Source: an uncultured Candidatus Saccharibacteria bacterium
GTDB lineage: Bacteria > Patescibacteriota > Minisyncoccia > Minisyncoccales > CAZVLR01
Reading direction: 5' to 3'
DNA: 64,000 nucleotides
NCBI GenBank assembly: GCA_964628095.1
Contig: CAZVLR010000001.1
Location: 56,777 to 120,776, forward strand
Position 1 is the first letter of the stretch, and the number at the start of each line of letters is the position of its first letter. Shown here piece by piece: positions 63,958 through 64,000 of the stretch. The position numbers and the translations under genes are program-made. The notes under the pieces were generated by a model, which was not told the origin of the DNA, searched no databases, and saw only the letters and a list, made by a program, of their open reading frames with translations.

Positions 63958-64000
63958 TTTGCTTTAATATTTTAATTTTCGTCTTTTTTAACCAATTGCG

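Noticed and set aside
1-64000. Alternative genetic code (UGA recoding as in Gracilibacteria/Absconditabacteria)
   Set aside because: Conserved genes are full length under code 11, and TGA ends several coupled genes (e.g. at 8182 and 40272).

Overview
Gene-dense, moderately AT-rich bacterial chromosome segment using genetic code 11 (TGA serves as stop; tRNA-Trp CCA). Gene content and protein style suggest a Patescibacteria/CPR (Parcubacteria-like) genome; this is inference. Housekeeping genes include murC, efp, dnaX, cysS, dnaB, recR, rplU, rmuC, mraZ-rsmH-ftsL-ftsI, rplJ/rplL with an L10 leader, mltG and pcm, plus tRNA-Gln, tRNA-Glu and tRNA-Trp. Three accessory loci stand out. (1) An isoprenoid operon (type 1 IDI, short-chain polyprenyl synthase, YjbQ, UbiA-family prenyltransferase, C-methyltransferase-like enzyme) runs directly into a multi-TM sensor histidine kinase, giving a candidate terpenoid signal/receptor circuit. 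(2) Two tandem giant secreted beta-helix proteins share a nucleotide-identical anchor/terminator cassette and a GPS-like HL(T/S) motif, and lie next to an ECF sigma/anti-sigma pair. (3) A five-gene surface-protein array contains four paralogous TolB-like propellers on different N-terminal anchors, one of which is a type IV pilin. No CRISPR array, integrase, transposase or reverse transcriptase was seen. All family calls come from motif recognition by eye, not database searches.
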